This document shows, piece by piece, positions 43,098 through 53,873 of a DNA stretch of 64,000 nucleotides (the first letter of the stretch is position 1; every line of letters starts with the position of its first letter). The translations under genes were made by a program, and so were the position numbers. The DNA comes from Trypanosoma brucei (lineage: Eukaryota). Location of the stretch: contig CH464491.1 in NCBI GenBank assembly GCA_000002445.1, forward strand, positions 2,048,001 through 2,112,000, given 5' to 3'. The notes beneath the pieces are model-generated. The model made no database searches. It worked only from the letters and a program-made list of their open reading frames with translations, and was not told where the DNA came from.

Positions 43098-43573
43098 ATT
43101 TGCGTGACTCCTCCACCTGCAATGGCCAAATTCTATGGTTGCTACTGTTAGTGTTATGCGCTGTTAGTAATACAACGTGAAGAAGGTAAACATGGTTTTC
43201 TTTCCCTTTTTTCTTTTCTTTCGTGCTCTTAGCGTACTTACCACGACATTCGTAACAGATATGAAAATTCGTGCAGGCTACGGCCACCATCCCGTATCAA
43301 AAAGAAAAACAAAAACAGTCATGTCCTGGGGTGAGCACGAGAAAACAAGCAAAAAAAATGGTGATACACAACTCCCCACCAATCCACACATAGGTCCCTC
43401 CCGCCCCTTCAGTTACGACGTGAAACCTTCTCTTTCCATCTCACACACGCGTGCGCTCCATGAGTGTAACAACTCGCGTGAAGTGAGAAGCCCAAACAGA
43501 CACTTTAAAAAAAAAAAATGAAAATCAGTGTACAAAAACACGATTTTCTCGTGTAATCCATCAGAACCACGGA

Positions 43574-45289
43574 CTACGCTGCAAAGCGCATCCCACCTAT
43601 TTCTTCCCCAACCACAAAGAGGTCTTCCTCACCTGCATCTGGTACACACGGGAAGACATCCATTTCTTCGTACCTTTCTCTGTACTCCCCAACATGAGAA
43701 GCAGAAGGCATAGCTGAAGCACTTGCGCCTGTGGCCGGGGCTACAGTATGTCCATTTAAGGTGCCAATGAAAGTGAACCCCCGGACCCCGTTCGGTCGCT
43801 CTGCGACGCGAGACATCACTTCCACACCATCATTCGCCAGGGATACGGCGGGAGCAACCGCTTTTGATGTCTCGTGATGTGACTTAAGAGACCTTATGCC
43901 ATTTTGGCCCTTTCTTCTGACCTCAGCAAGCACCTCAGCAGGATACAAAAAACCATCATGCTCCGCTAGATTTGGTGAAGTCACCTGCGATGCGGCAGGG
44001 TTACAACACTGATGCGTGTTGCCTCGACCCGGCCGACCGAAGCGCTCTTCAGCAACTACGCAGCTATCACTGGACGTAGTTGAATTACTAGAAACATACT
44101 CATACCCCGAGGACCCCTCGTCATCAATAAGTAAGGATGGCCACGTTGTGAGTGTTGACGACTCCGAGTCACAACCTATACCATCACCACTATCAGAGAG
44201 AAGCACTACATCTCCGGTGCTGGGTTTCGGTGCCGTCCAGTCCTCGTCGTCATCTAAGAGCAACCGACGTCCCTGTACGACCGTTGTCGTAAGCGGCCGT
44301 GGCGATTTCGGTACTGATCTGCGGTGTCGCTTAGGTGGTGTTTCACACGGTGGTTTTGGCGCCTCGAACGATAACAACGCCTGTTCATTTGCGTCCTTGG
44401 TAACACTCGATCGGCTGCCTCCACGCACTGCTGTTTCCCTCCGAACTCCGGTTGAAGGGCGCGCGACAGGCGCAGGTACATCCACAGACGACATTGCCTT
44501 TATTTCATCCCAAAGGCGGTGCGCCTGCACACCCCTGTAAGTTCGGCCGTTGTAGTGTAACTGCCGTCGGCCCCTCACGGTGCTCCAGCTATGGGGAAAT
44601 GGCATGCCGTTTCGTTGCAGAGGAAGTTTAACACCTTTGCTGCTACCTTTGTTACCCCGATGACGAGTTGTGCGACTCACTGGCTTTTTGCCTGCTTTTT
44701 TGCTGCCTCGGCCTCGGTTATTTGAGGGTTGAGTCGACCTCCTACTCCTCCATTCGCCTTCAGCTACATGGCTTTCAGCGACAGTTGGTGAGAAACTCGT
44801 GACATTGTTACTTTTTCCGGAAGCTTCGGTGTCGATGGGGACCGCGTCCCACAAGACGGTATCTGACGGCTTTTCACTCACGCTGCGGACCGGCGGTCGT
44901 TGTGCCTTAGGAGGCACAGCAAACGGAGCCATAACATTGACCCCAAGTTCGCTCAGCCTAACAATTGCACCGCCGTACCGTCGTTGCTCCGGTGCTGTGG
45001 CTGTGGCGCCACCGTTGGCTTCAGCGCTAATGCCACTTACTGCCGGCGCGGTAGGTGCACCGATGGAAATTGGCGTAGGGTGTTGAGGAGGTGGAGAGTT
45101 CACACCCGTTGGGGGCGCCTGTCCAGCAGCAACCGAAAGCGGTCTAAACACCACGCGAAACCTCCCTGATGGTTTATCACACTCCATGACTAAACCTTCG
45201 GGAAGGCTCAAACCTAGACCTATCATATTGAAAGGAAGATGGGTAATGCAAATGTGAACAACATAATAGCAAGGTCCACACAACAACAT
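43574..45289 (-). CDS. hypothetical Pro/Ser/Arg-rich, largely disordered protein
   Basis: A 571 aa ORF on the PTU strand with low-complexity composition and an acidic 'LLIDDEGSSGYEYV' patch. The start is uncertain. Alternatives are 'MIGLGLS' and 'MECDKPSGRF'. Confidence 0.45.
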   Translation of the reverse strand: MLLCGPCYYVVHICITHLPFNMIGLGLSLPEGLVMECDKPSGRFRVVFRPLSVAAGQAPPTGVNSPPPQHPTPISIGAPTAPAVSGISAEANGGATATAPEQRRYGGAIVRLSELGVNVMAPFAVPPKAQRPPVRSVSEKPSDTVLWDAVPIDTEASGKSNNVTSFSPTVAESHVAEGEWRSRRSTQPSNNRGRGSKKAGKKPVSRTTRHRGNKGSSKGVKLPLQRNGMPFPHSWSTVRGRRQLHYNGRTYRGVQAHRLWDEIKAMSSVDVPAPVARPSTGVRRETAVRGGSRSSVTKDANEQALLSFEAPKPPCETPPKRHRRSVPKSPRPLTTTVVQGRRLLLDDDEDWTAPKPSTGDVVLLSDSGDGIGCDSESSTLTTWPSLLIDDEGSSGYEYVSSNSTTSSDSCVVAEERFGRPGRGNTHQCCNPAASQVTSPNLAEHDGFLYPAEVLAEVRRKGQNGIRSLKSHHETSKAVAPAVSLANDGVEVMSRVAERPNGVRGFTFIGTLNGHTVAPATGASASAMPSASHVGEYRERYEEMDVFPCVPDAGEEDLFVVGEEIGGMRFAA

Positions 45290-45599
45290 GCACCTTTCAC
45301 TACAACATCTTCACAATCCCTTAGCCATCAACAACAGGAGTCATTCGGTTTACGAGGGAATACAACCAACGTGCCAACGCATCAACATCCCCCAAACAAT
45401 GAAAAAAAAAAATTCAGCACTAACGAAAAATATTCCACCCCCAGGGAAAAAGATTGAGCCACAAAGCTACATCATTGAACAAGCACACAAACACTGCCAG
45501 TAAGCTCGCTGCTCACACAATTTAAACGAACCAAATTTGCTGCAGTAATTATAAAAAACGGCATTATAAAACAAACGATTCAAACACCTGCCAGTACAC

Positions 45600-47561
45600 T
45601 TACAGATCGTCCATGGGTTGTGGCTTGTCGCCTCCGCCGGCGGATTGGTAAGTCTTCTGGATGATGGGGTTGGTCACGCTCTGCAGAGTTTCCAGGGCAG
45701 TTTTGTACTCCTCCTTTTCGGCGTTCGGATTTTCGTCAAGGAAGCGGATCGCCTCCGCAACAGCGGTCTCCACTGCAGCCTTGTCATTGGGGTCAAGTTT
45801 CCCACCAAGCTTATCCTTATCGTTCACTTGGTTGCGTAGGGAATACGCAACGCTCTCCAGCGAGTTACGCGCATCCACACGCTCGCGCACCTTGCGGTCC
45901 TCGTCCTCGAACTCTGCCGCTTCGCGCACCATACGCTCAATCTCCTCCTCGCTCAGGCGACCCTTGTCGTTGGTGATGGTGATCTCTTCCTTCTTTCCAG
46001 ACGACTTGTCCATAGCGCTCACCTGCAGGATGCTGTTCTCGTCGACGTCAAATGTCACTTCGATTTGTGGCACACCACGCGCGGCAGGAGGAATTCCCGA
46101 CAACTCGAATTTGCCCAGGAGGCGGTTATCCTTTGTCAGCTGGCGCTCACCCTCATACACTTGGATAAGCACACCCGGCTGGTTGTCCGCATGGGTAGAA
46201 AAGACCTGACTCTTCTTGGTGGGGATCTGTGTGTTACGCTCGATGAGTTTTGTCATGACACCACCTACAGTTTCAATACCAAGCGACAGTGGGATCACAT
46301 CTACAAGCACAACGCGCCCGCCAACCTCGCTTTCACCGGTTAGCACCGCAGCTTGCACAGCGGCACCATATGCTACGGCTTCATCGGGGTTAATACCACG
46401 GTTCAGTTCCTTCCCACCGAAGAAGTCACTGATCAGTTGTTGTACCTTCGGCACACGTGTGGATCCACCAACGAGCACAATCTCGTGGATGTCACTCTTC
46501 TTCAGCTTCGCATCCTCCAGCACACGTTGCACGGGCACGAGTGTCCCCTTGAAGAGGTCCATGTTCAGCTCCTCAAACTTCGCACGTGTGATTTTCTCGC
46601 TGAAATCGAAGCCCTCCGTAAGGCTGTCCACCTCCACACGCGCCTCGGGATGAGACGACAGCTGTCGCTTCGCAGCCTCACATGCCTTGCGAAGACGTGC
46701 CAGTGCCTTTTGGTCCTTACTGATGTCAACATTCTTTTTCTTCTTCAGCATGTCCACAAAGTGTCGCATCATGTTGTTATCAAAGTCCTCACCACCAAGG
46801 TGCGTATCACCGTTTGTCGCCACAACTTCGAAGAAGCCCTCATCGATTGTCAGCAGTGACACATCAAAGGTACCACCACCAAGATCGAACACCAGGATAT
46901 TCTTCTCACCGGCTTTGTTTAGCCCATATGCGATGGCGGCTGCGGTGGGCTCATTGATGATGCGCACTACGTTCAAACCGGCGATGGTCCCAGCATCCTT
47001 TGTCGACTGCCGTTGTGCGTCATTGAAGTACGCAGGTACCGTTACAACAGCGTTTTTCACTTTCTCGCCAAGGTACGTTTCTGCAATTTCCTTCATCTTC
47101 TGCAGCACCATGGCACTGATCTCTTCTGGTGTGAACTGTTTCTTTTTCCCACCCACCATCACTTGTACCTTCGGCTTCCCGTCGCGGTCCGCAATGACCT
47201 CATACGACAGCAGTTTCTTGTCAGCCTGCACTGCCGCATCCGTGTACTTGCGGCCAATCAGCCTCTTGATGGTGTAGATTGTATTATGCGGATTCTGTGG
47301 AAGCTGATTCTTCGCACCGTCACCGATCAGCCGCTCTGTGTCGGTAAAGGCGACGACGGAAGGTGTGATGCGGTTACCCATCTCGTTCGGGATGATATGC
47401 ACATCACCCTTCTGCCACACACCCACAACGGAGTATGTTGTGCCGAGGTCGATGCCCACGCATGGTGCTTCCACCTTGCCGCCACTTTCGGGTGCTGCTG
47501 AGACGGCTGCAACCGTCACAGTCAGGAACACCGCTGCAGTGGTCAGCCACATCCTCGACAT
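45600..47561 (-). CDS. BiP: BiP/GRP78 (ER-lumenal Hsp70), copy 1
   Basis: Signal peptide '[22 protein letters not shown]'. Hsp70 signatures 'IDLGTTYS' and 'DLGGGTFD' are present. The C-terminal ER-retention signal 'MDDL' matches the published T. brucei BiP retention motif. Confidence 0.95.
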   Translation of the reverse strand: MSRMWLTTAAVFLTVTVAAVSAAPESGGKVEAPCVGIDLGTTYSVVGVWQKGDVHIIPNEMGNRITPSVVAFTDTERLIGDGAKNQLPQNPHNTIYTIKRLIGRKYTDAAVQADKKLLSYEVIADRDGKPKVQVMVGGKKKQFTPEEISAMVLQKMKEIAETYLGEKVKNAVVTVPAYFNDAQRQSTKDAGTIAGLNVVRIINEPTAAAIAYGLNKAGEKNILVFDLGGGTFDVSLLTIDEGFFEVVATNGDTHLGGEDFDNNMMRHFVDMLKKKKNVDISKDQKALARLRKACEAAKRQLSSHPEARVEVDSLTEGFDFSEKITRAKFEELNMDLFKGTLVPVQRVLEDAKLKKSDIHEIVLVGGSTRVPKVQQLISDFFGGKELNRGINPDEAVAYGAAVQAAVLTGESEVGGRVVLVDVIPLSLGIETVGGVMTKLIERNTQIPTKKSQVFSTHADNQPGVLIQVYEGERQLTKDNRLLGKFELSGIPPAARGVPQIEVTFDVDENSILQVSAMDKSSGKKEEITITNDKGRLSEEEIERMVREAAEFEDEDRKVRERVDARNSLESVAYSLRNQVNDKDKLGGKLDPNDKAAVETAVAEAIRFLDENPNAEKEEYKTALETLQSVTNPIIQKTYQSAGGGDKPQPMDDL

Positions 47562-47659
47562 CGGGAGGGGGATTATCTTGAACTTAATATTAGTGTTAGG
47601 TAAGTAGGTTTGTGTGTTTTAGTATGCTTAGCTTATCTTTCCAAAACAACGCGAAACGT

Positions 47660-47790
47660 GAAAATATGTGGAGAGGAGGTGTGGTGGGGCGATGAAAAGG
47701 GACAAATAGGGAAAAGGAAATGGTAAAACGCAGATGGCACACGGAAAGGGCAAGGCGGAAGAAGGGGTCGCCTCCAGTGCTGCCATGGGG
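47660..47790 (-). promoter_or_regulatory. polypyrimidine tract / trans-splice acceptor region upstream of BiP copy 1
   Basis: Read on the minus strand, this is a run of about 120 nt of C/T-rich sequence (the plus strand reads 'ggaggtgtggtggggcgatgaaaagggacaaatagggaaaagg...'). It lies about 100-230 nt upstream of the BiP ATG. The identical tract occurs at 55950-56080 upstream of copy 2. Confidence 0.5.
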
Positions 47791-47960
47791 CTCCTGCAAG
47801 TAGAGGTTATGTGCTCTCTAGATAAAAATGCGCGTGAAGTCTGCCGCTACGGGGCAATACGCACCACAGAATTTACATAATTAAAACGAGGGATGTAAGT
47901 CCTTCCTGTACACCCAAAACTGTAGAAGTTCCAAAAAAAAATGTGCAGAGTGGGGCTTCC

Positions 47961-48725
47961 CTACCACTCACGCGTTGGTAAGGAGCACTTTGGGGGAAGC
48001 GACATGCCGTGCGGTGGTGCTTGGTCCTCAGTATAGTAACGTCCCGTTCGCTGTTGGTAATGTGTTGTGCTTTCGTAGATGAGTGGAAGCCGAAGGTAGG
48101 TATTGTCTACCGCTGCGGGTGCGCACCACGGCTCCGTCACCGTTCCGTTGTATTCAGATCCACCTGTTGGTGGTATGCGATCTGTGTGGTTCCCAGGGTG
48201 AGCAATTCTCCGCTCGGGGTTAGCGGTGTCGAGTGGAAGCTGCTTGTCCATTATGTCACCTGTGGAAAACGGTTGTTTCCCCTCTGCAGAATTGATGCAG
48301 GTTCCGATCGTTTCTCCTTGTTGTCCATGGTCGCCGACAGTGCCTGCCAGTCCGCTGCCGAGCTGCAAACCTCCGTCATTGCCGTGGGTACCAGCTTTAA
48401 CGCCTTCAACAGCGTCAACACCGCCGTTCCCATCACCTTCCGCTCCAGAAGTCTCTCTTATAGCACCGTCTCCAGAACTTCCAATAGGAACTCTGCTGTA
48501 ACGCGACCTCCCAAACAAATCCGGCACGTCTCTTACCTTCGGATTGCCAAACGGATCAATTAAATCACCTTTCTTTGACGATGTGTACGTGCTGCGCGGG
48601 GCAAAGGTCCCCCCAGGAACGGGGTTAATCCAATAAGCTCCGCCGTGGTTGATAAATACATCACGATCTACTGAGGCCGTTTGTGAAGCGGGTACAAATG
48701 ACATTTCTAAAAGCCTTCTGCTCAA
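47961..48725 (-). CDS. hypothetical Gly-rich protein
   Basis: A 254 aa ORF on the PTU strand between BiP copy 1 and the AN1 gene. It is Gly/Asp-rich ('GDGNGGVDAVEGVKAGTHGNDGG') with no recognised domain. Confidence 0.35.
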   Translation of the reverse strand: MSRRLLEMSFVPASQTASVDRDVFINHGGAYWINPVPGGTFAPRSTYTSSKKGDLIDPFGNPKVRDVPDLFGRSRYSRVPIGSSGDGAIRETSGAEGDGNGGVDAVEGVKAGTHGNDGGLQLGSGLAGTVGDHGQQGETIGTCINSAEGKQPFSTGDIMDKQLPLDTANPERRIAHPGNHTDRIPPTGGSEYNGTVTEPWCAPAAVDNTYLRLPLIYESTTHYQQRTGRYYTEDQAPPHGMSLPPKCSLPTREW

Positions 48726-48956
48726 TGAATCTAGAAGAGGGATAAGGACGAAAGCAGTGCATTTTAGAGACCCTCACAGTATCGAAAGCATTATAGAAAA
48801 GTGTGCATGCGAAACTGCAGTGACGATGATACAACAGTTGTGCACATTCCTTAGTACTTTGTACACCAGCAGATACTTATCCCTTTTTCTACTGGTGCAA
48901 GGGGAACATTCCACCGTAAACTGCATCATCTTCAAAACATTTGCATCGGCATCGCC

Positions 48957-49241
48957 CTACTTTTTCTTGATTGGCTTCTTTTGCCGTTGTGCGGCCAGTT
49001 CTTCTCTGCGCCGTGTCAACCGTGCCTTGGCGTCGTCTAAGCCGATATGCTTTCGCTGCTGCCGTTGCTCCGCTGCGTCGGCAGTTGCCTTCCGTTGTGC
49101 CACATTCTTAGCCCTGTCACCGCAGCCATGCACTTCTGGGAGCAGGTGAGACGTACACATGCGCTGGCTGCAATGCTCACAGGCCGGCAGCGCGGTATAT
49201 GTCAGGTTTGAGCACCCTTTGAATGCACAAACAACGGACAT
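48957..49241 (-). CDS. small AN1-type zinc-finger protein
   Basis: 'CAFKGCSNLTYTALPACEHCSQRMCTSHLLPEVHGC' fits zf-AN1 spacing C-x4-C-x10-C-x2-C-x4-C-x2-H-x5-H-x-C. A basic Lys/Arg-rich tail follows. Confidence 0.65.
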   Translation of the reverse strand: MSVVCAFKGCSNLTYTALPACEHCSQRMCTSHLLPEVHGCGDRAKNVAQRKATADAAEQRQQRKHIGLDDAKARLTRRREELAAQRQKKPIKKK

Positions 49242-49652
49242 ATTCCTTTAGCGTGCACAAACTTAATTAGATGTGTTGTATAACCGCAGGTGCCACGCTA
49301 GCAAGTTTTGGAAGAAAGCGAAAGAAGATGTTTGGTTGATTAACAGAGCGAAAAGAAGATGCAGCATAGAATCCAACAACACACGGTTCCTTATCCACCA
49401 GCAGCGAGTGACGCCGCTCCCTTTGTGGAGCCACATCCGAACCGTATGGCTTTATCTAACCACAACTAAAGTAAACCGACTCTGAGCAAAATCCTCCCTT
49501 GGGGGAAAACGCTACCTTCCTTAGCACCAATGCCATGCGGGTTGCTCTCCAAGTCGACCGAGGCACAACCAGCAGTCACTTTTTCCCTCCCTTCTCTCCC
49601 CCCCTACATTTGCCCCCAAAGGCCCCCTGTCCTTTTTCCTTTCCATGTGGTA

Positions 49653-50252
49653 TCATGAAGAGTCACAGAGTCCCGTGTACCTGTTCGCTTGGTTATTCAT
49701 CAACAATGCAATGATAAGCCCATAGAGGCCCAGGGCCTCGGAAAAGATCAACATGAGCACCATGGCCACGAAAACCTGATCCTGCTTGCCATAAGCCCGG
49801 GTGGTTGTGTCACCCACCACACCGATGGAAAGCCCTGCGGCAAGCGAGGCGAGTCCCGCCGCCATTCCCGCGCCCAAATGCAGGTTGGCAGAGAAGGTAG
49901 AATAGGAGTAGAGCTCCGTTTTGATGTTGTTGTTTATTATAACTGCCACGATCAAACCATAGATGCCGAGGATGCCAGCCATAACAACTGGAACGATGCC
50001 GCGCATGATCTTCTCGGGAGCCAGAAGTCCTAGTTGGGCTAATCCGACGCCTGACTTTGCAGCACCGTAGGCAGAGCCCAGATTAGCAAAGATAAGAGCA
50101 ACAGCCACACCCAGAGAGCCGAAAAAGCCAGCGCTTTGTGGGTACATTCGGGCCAAACAGGCCTCTTTCCGAGTAGTATTGCCGTCACCGACCGTAGCAA
50201 AGACAGTGGTGACACATATCACGGAGAGTAAACCTATAAAAGAGTATTTCAT
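49653..50252 (-). CDS. V-type H+-ATPase proteolipid subunit (c/c''-type, about 200 aa)
   Basis: Proteolipid motifs 'GSAYGAAKSGVGLAQLG' and 'IVPVVMAGILGIYGLIVAVII', plus a second repeat 'GAGMAAGLASLAAGLSIG'. Start placed at the internal Met 'MKYSF' because the upstream ORF part lacks hydrophobic or proteolipid character. Confidence 0.8.
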   Translation of the reverse strand: MKYSFIGLLSVICVTTVFATVGDGNTTRKEACLARMYPQSAGFFGSLGVAVALIFANLGSAYGAAKSGVGLAQLGLLAPEKIMRGIVPVVMAGILGIYGLIVAVIINNNIKTELYSYSTFSANLHLGAGMAAGLASLAAGLSIGVVGDTTTRAYGKQDQVFVAMVLMLIFSEALGLYGLIIALLMNNQANRYTGLCDSS

Positions 50253-50902
50253 AGGTGCAGCAAACGACGCACAACCTAAAGTGAGCAATGTTCGCGCATA
50301 CAAAGATAACAGTGGAGACAATAAAGGGGAAGAGATATGATAAAGATGAAGGTTGCGCGAACTGCCGCTCGCAGAAAAAAGGGGGTGGAGACGCAAAACC
50401 TCTTGCAGCATGCACACGGAAGGTAGACAATCCACGAATAGTCAGATGGCCTTGGCACAACAAAAGCAAAGTACTGTCCAACTCTCCTTGTGCGAAATGC
50501 CCAACTAAAAGGGATGAGAAGCAGTCGCGATAAATGTGGTGTCGCGACGCGTTTCCTTAACGTTAGTTAGCATAACTCACCCATCCTCCGCGACGCAATC
50601 TCCAAAAAAAAAACGGCTACCCGCATAAATACACATCAACCAAACAACACTCCAGCCAGATGGATGTGATACGCATGAAAAAAGTACGCGATTTAGTGCG
50701 ACTTATAATTGATATTGAAAACAAGTCACGCAAACACAAACTGTTAAGAACACGGCACAGATTGCATCTGGCTGAGTAAAGGGCTCATCGCACTCTCAAC
50801 TCTTGCCGATACTTCCCTGTCGACTCGAAGATAATCCCTAGCCGCTGGCCGCGTTAAGGTGGAATACTGTGAGTTAAGGAGCCGGTCTCCACGTCCAAAT
50901 CC

Positions 50903-51859
50903 CTAACGATAAATTGCTCCCTAAACTATGATTCGCTAAAGCACAAAGCAGAGTGATAGGGAGGAGAGTTAAGGTGGAATGACACACGCTGCTCACGACA
51001 AGATGTAAGAGAAAAACACGCTACACCGCGGTGCGGCACAGCTCACAGGGTGATAGGGTGAGAAGGATTTCCTACAAATATAAAACCTGCGACACCAGTG
51101 AGAAAATGGGCTCTCTCACTTAGTTCAGTCGAGCGCTCACAAATAAAAAGAAATAAATAATCAAAACAAATAAAATAGAAAAATTGATGAATCATATATA
51201 TATTTATATGTTTTCGTTAATTAAAAAAAATCCCTCCTGTACATGGTATGTCGTGCCGCCATCCTCTCCCGGGGTCATTTTCGTATCACCAGTGGATGAC
51301 AGAACATTATAATGTCATTGCCGAGTGCCTCCAGGTAAAACTTACTGATAGTTTATTCATTCTTAGAAACCTGCAATTGCAACAGACACCCACCCCAACA
51401 TCATTGTGATAGCACCAACCGGAGCCATAGGACCCACTTGTTTGCCAGGGACTCCCAAGCAGATGGCATAGACGGTACCACAAAAGATCGTTGTTCCGGC
51501 GAACAATAACACGAAACTGCGGTTGAGCCACCTGGCGGCGCTGCTTTCCGGCTCGGCAATCTTGAGGGCAGCAAAGATAGCCATCATCGCGGCAGTGTGA
51601 ATAAGGTTAAATTGGACAGCGTGGTCCCATGCGAGCTTCAACTTATCAGAAAGGTTAGGGTCCAGCCAGTGCGAGCCGGCGGCTGCGGCCACGACACCGA
51701 TGAGACCGAGGACGCCAATGAGGATCATCGGAGTATCTCTTACTTTGCCCATGGTTGTAGTGTTACTTGTTTTTAGGTTTGGTGTGTTCAATAACGATAA
51801 TTAACCTTGCTGTTACTTCCATTAGTTCAAACAAAATGGAAGGAGAGAAAGAATAATAC
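50903..51859. repeat. direct repeat unit A (957 bp) carrying DUF423 gene copy 1
   Basis: Near-identical to 52089-53045 (offset 1186 bp). The identity break-points are at 50902/52088 and 51860/53046. Confidence 0.85.
51363..51791 (-). CDS. DUF423/TMEM256-like small membrane protein, copy 1
   Basis: 'FAGTTIFCGTVYAICLG' and 'APVGAITMMLGWVSVAIAGF' parallel human TMEM256 'ASGTTLFCTSFYYQALSG' and 'APAGGTLLLLGWLALAL'. There are four predicted TM helices. Confidence 0.7.
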   Translation of the reverse strand: MNTPNLKTSNTTTMGKVRDTPMILIGVLGLIGVVAAAAGSHWLDPNLSDKLKLAWDHAVQFNLIHTAAMMAIFAALKIAEPESSAARWLNRSFVLLFAGTTIFCGTVYAICLGVPGKQVGPMAPVGAITMMLGWVSVAIAGF

Positions 51860-52088
51860 CCGTCAGGCCCTCGAGGAATGCATATACGTTGGGGTACTGG
51901 CTGATAAAAGTAAGGAAAATGCATAGTAAATGATGCAGACACTGATCACTAGATGTTAATCACGTAGCCCTAATATCCGAATACCTCCTCGTTAACATCA
52001 ATTGCACTGCTGTGAAAAAGATAAATCTACCGCCAAATCCAAAGAACTGACCGACACAACAAGAAATTTGGTTTTCGCATAAAACCCT

Positions 52089-53045
52089 CTAACGATAAAT
52101 TGCTCCCTAAACTATGATTCGCTAAAGCACAAAGCAGAGTGATAGGGAGGAGAGTTAAGGTGGAATGACACACGCTGCTCACGACAAGATGTAAGAGAAA
52201 AACACGCTACACCGCGGTGCGGCACGGCTCACAGGGTGATAGGGTGAGAAGGATTTCCTACAAATATAAAACCTGCGACACCAGTGAGAAAATGGGCCCT
52301 CTCACTTAGTTCAGTCGAGCGCTCACAAATAAAAAGAAATAAATAATCAAAACAAATAAAATAGAAAAATTGATGAATCATATATATATTTATATGTTTT
52401 CGTTAATTAAAAAAAATCCCTCCTGTACATGGTATGTCGTGCCGCCATCCTCTCCCGGGGTCATTTTCGTATCACCAGTGGATGACAGAACATTATAATG
52501 TCATTGCCGAGTGCCTCCAGGTAAAACTTACTGATAGTTTATTCATTCTTAGAAACCTGCAATTGCAACAGACACCCACCCCAACATCATTGTGATACCA
52601 CCAACCGGAGCGAAGTGCCCCACTTGTTTGCCAGGGACTCCCAAGCAGATGGCATAGACGGTACCGCAAAAGATCGTTGTTCCGGCGAACAATAACACGA
52701 AACTGCGGTTGAGCCACCTGGCGGCGCTGCTTTCCGGCTCGGCAATCTTGAGGGCAGCAAAGATAGCCATCATCGCGGCAGTGTGAATAAGGTTAAATTG
52801 GACAGCGTGGTCCCATGCGAGCTTCAACTTATCAGAAAGGTTAGGGTCCAGCCAGTGCGAGCCGGCGGCTGCGGCCACGACACCGATGAGACCGAGGACG
52901 CCAATGAGGATCATCGGAGTATCTCTTACTTTGCCCATGGTTGTAGTGTTACTTGTTTTTAGGTTTGGTGTGCTCAATAACGATAATTAACCTTGCTGTT
53001 ACTTCCATTAGTTCAAACAAAATGGAAGGAGAGAAAGAATAATAC
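52089..53045. repeat. direct repeat unit B (957 bp) carrying DUF423 gene copy 2
   Basis: Near-identical to 50903-51859. The two units are separated by a 229 bp unique spacer (51860-52088). Confidence 0.85.
52549..52977 (-). CDS. DUF423/TMEM256-like small membrane protein, copy 2
   Basis: It differs from copy 1 at only a few residues (N2S, and 'GPMAPVGAI' versus 'GHFAPVGGI'). Confidence 0.7.
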   Translation of the reverse strand: MSTPNLKTSNTTTMGKVRDTPMILIGVLGLIGVVAAAAGSHWLDPNLSDKLKLAWDHAVQFNLIHTAAMMAIFAALKIAEPESSAARWLNRSFVLLFAGTTIFCGTVYAICLGVPGKQVGHFAPVGGITMMLGWVSVAIAGF

Positions 53046-53873
53046 TTCCTGTATAACTATTTCTTTCCATTTAAAACAAATACAAATAGGCGCACACACC
53101 CAGCACAAACTTTTCTTCTTGGCTAACCAGAGGCAAAAAATTATCAAATTTTGTTGTTTTTTTTCCCGAACCTCCTCAAATATAAATTTCAGAGAAATGG
53201 TTGCCGTATGCAGAGCAGGCACCTTAATTTTCCTTTTTTTTTTAATTTCCCACCTCCTTTCCGCAAGACGAAGAACTGGTATACGTACCTTAGACATCTC
53301 TTAGGATCACTTCGTCTGAAGGGCACGAACAAAACTAGGAAAAGTAGAGTTAGAAAAAAAAGATGGCCAGTTAAATTTTCTTTGAACCACCGGTGTGCCC
53401 TTCGTTATTCTTCCTCCGTGTTCCAGCACTCTGTGGTTTGATTACAGAGGTCAGAGAACAGGTATGCCGCACATTTTATTAACCAATCTTTCAGTTCAGT
53501 CGTCTCCCATTCAATTTTTCTCTACCAATCTCACCCTATTACCCACTTCAATTGCTTACCTTTTACCTTCATATCCCCATGACACCGGTGATGCCTTTGT
53601 ATTGTTTGCTGCTTTCGCAGAAAGTAGATTAAACATCTATTTGACACACGAAGAAAATAGCACGTGCTTCAACTAAAGTCAGTAAGTTGAGAATAAACAG
53701 CAGCCACAATTACAAGCAACTCCATTTCTTCCCACCATTCATCGACCAGTATCGCACACCAAGCGCTTCCAACCACTCTTCTTGAACAACTGCAGGCCAA
53801 CCATTCTACCATATCCACTCTGCACTTCAATAAGTATACAAAGCAAAAAAAAATAATAATAATAACCACTCAC

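Larger units (their letters stand above)
45584..47917. repeat. 2334 bp duplicated segment A (BiP CDS + 3' flank + about 350 bp upstream region)
   Basis: Apparently 100% identical to 53874-56207 (offset 8290 bp). All six-frame ORF translations in the two intervals are identical. Boundaries are located by the first mismatches at 45583/53873 and 47911/56201. Confidence 0.9.

Noticed and set aside
45618-47607. Seven plus-strand ORFs of 73-196 aa antisense to BiP copy 1, with an identical set antisense to copy 2 (53908-55897)
   Set aside because: They lie opposite a strongly conserved Hsp70 CDS and have low-complexity Ser/Arg-rich translations that are typical antisense artefacts of a GC-rich gene. 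They are also on the non-transcribed strand of this PTU.
48009-48563. Plus-strand 184 aa ORF overlapping the Gly-rich minus-strand ORF
   Set aside because: It is on the non-coding strand of the minus PTU. The minus-strand frame is the more plausible gene, though that one is also uncertain.
51307-51531. 74 aa ORFs (51307-51531 and 52493-52717) overlapping the 3' end of each DUF423 gene in another frame
   Set aside because: They overlap in an alternative frame within the conserved DUF423 CDS. They appear twice only because the whole segment is duplicated.
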